DNA of 64,000 bases, from the NCBI GenBank assembly GCA_051362555.1, contig CM120640.1, positions 8,680,001 through 8,744,000 of the forward strand, read 5' to 3'. The position numbers were made by a program, and so were the translations under genes. Below are positions 63,157 to 64,000 of the stretch, one piece after another. Numbering within the stretch: position 1 is the stretch's first letter; every line of letters begins with the position of its first letter. Origin of the DNA: Lingula anatina (Eukaryota > Animalia > Brachiopoda). Below the pieces are notes generated by a model, which saw nothing but the letters and a program-made list of their open reading frames with translations, ran no database searches and was not told the DNA's origin.

Positions 63157-64000
63157 CTGGTGTTCAAAAAGATAAATGTTGAAACAGTTTAAAACGATAT
63201 TTGAGTTAGTGAAACTCTGGAAATATCTGCAAAACAAAGCTTTAACCTCTTGATGCAGAAGTTTATGTTGTTCACAATACTTAATTACTACGCTTCATTC
63301 AAATAGCCATATGCCAAAAAAATGCATGCAGGTATAACACAATTCTCACACTTTTAGATAAGCAAAATGAATTATAACAGATTGAATCCAAATGTATCCT
63401 AACAGATAACATCTGGATGAACCCAGAAACAATCCTGCTGAAGCTGACAAATGCTCAAACAACCTATCTCAGTTTAAATATTAAGGGGAAAAAACATGTG
63501 CACTGAATATACCCACACCTGTAATGAAGTCTAAATATGCTTCCAAGAAGTTTGAAGGAAAAGAGATTTGCCTTCTTTACGCTTTTTGGTAAAAGGGTTG
63601 TAATGCACAAATAATTGAAAAACAAGATTGAAAATATTTAAATAATTATTGAAAAAATATCATGAATAATCCAATCACATCTATTTTAATACTGTAGTAC
63701 CTGTACACATTCATTCATCTGACACGAAAATAACTCATTACCTTCTTCATAAAAATTAAAAAAGTAAAGTTCAGATCTTGTATACTGCATTCTATGTGTC
63801 TCAGCAAGATAAACAAGATGCTGGGAATTTTTGGCCTGGGCCTCCCTGGGAGGATACAGCCTAGCTGTCATTACGAGGTACTGAATGCTAGCATAATACC
63901 ATGAGTATCTCTACAAAGTTTTATTACTTCACAAATATTTCCATCTTTCAGAAAGGGACAATATTTGAAGTTAAGATCAAGACCTTGGGGTGAGAGCACA

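Overview
AT-rich, intron-rich eukaryotic DNA, probably from a marine invertebrate bilaterian (taxon inferred only). Six spliced protein-coding genes were reconstructed with phase-consistent exons: a secreted, probably GPI-anchored fungal/Dictyostelium-type (GH13_1) alpha-amylase (-); a PGC-1/PRC/Spargel-family coactivator (-); a C6orf163 homolog (+); EXOSC1/CSL4 (-); FRA10AC1 (+); and the 3' part of a PDE5/6/11-type GAF phosphodiesterase (-). EXOSC1 and FRA10AC1 are head-to-head with start codons 49 nt apart, and each has a U12-type (minor) intron. FRA10AC1 intron 5 holds nested elements: a Helentron/HINE-like element containing a CACTA/EnSpm-like element (itself holding a decayed Gypsy LTR element) and an inverted second copy of the same HINE. 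Both HINE copies carry a 146-bp satellite rich in AGGTCA DR1 motifs. The first ~5.5 kb has no clear CDS but shows dense DR5/DR2 nuclear-receptor-like motif clusters. No rRNA, tRNA gene or CRISPR array was seen.
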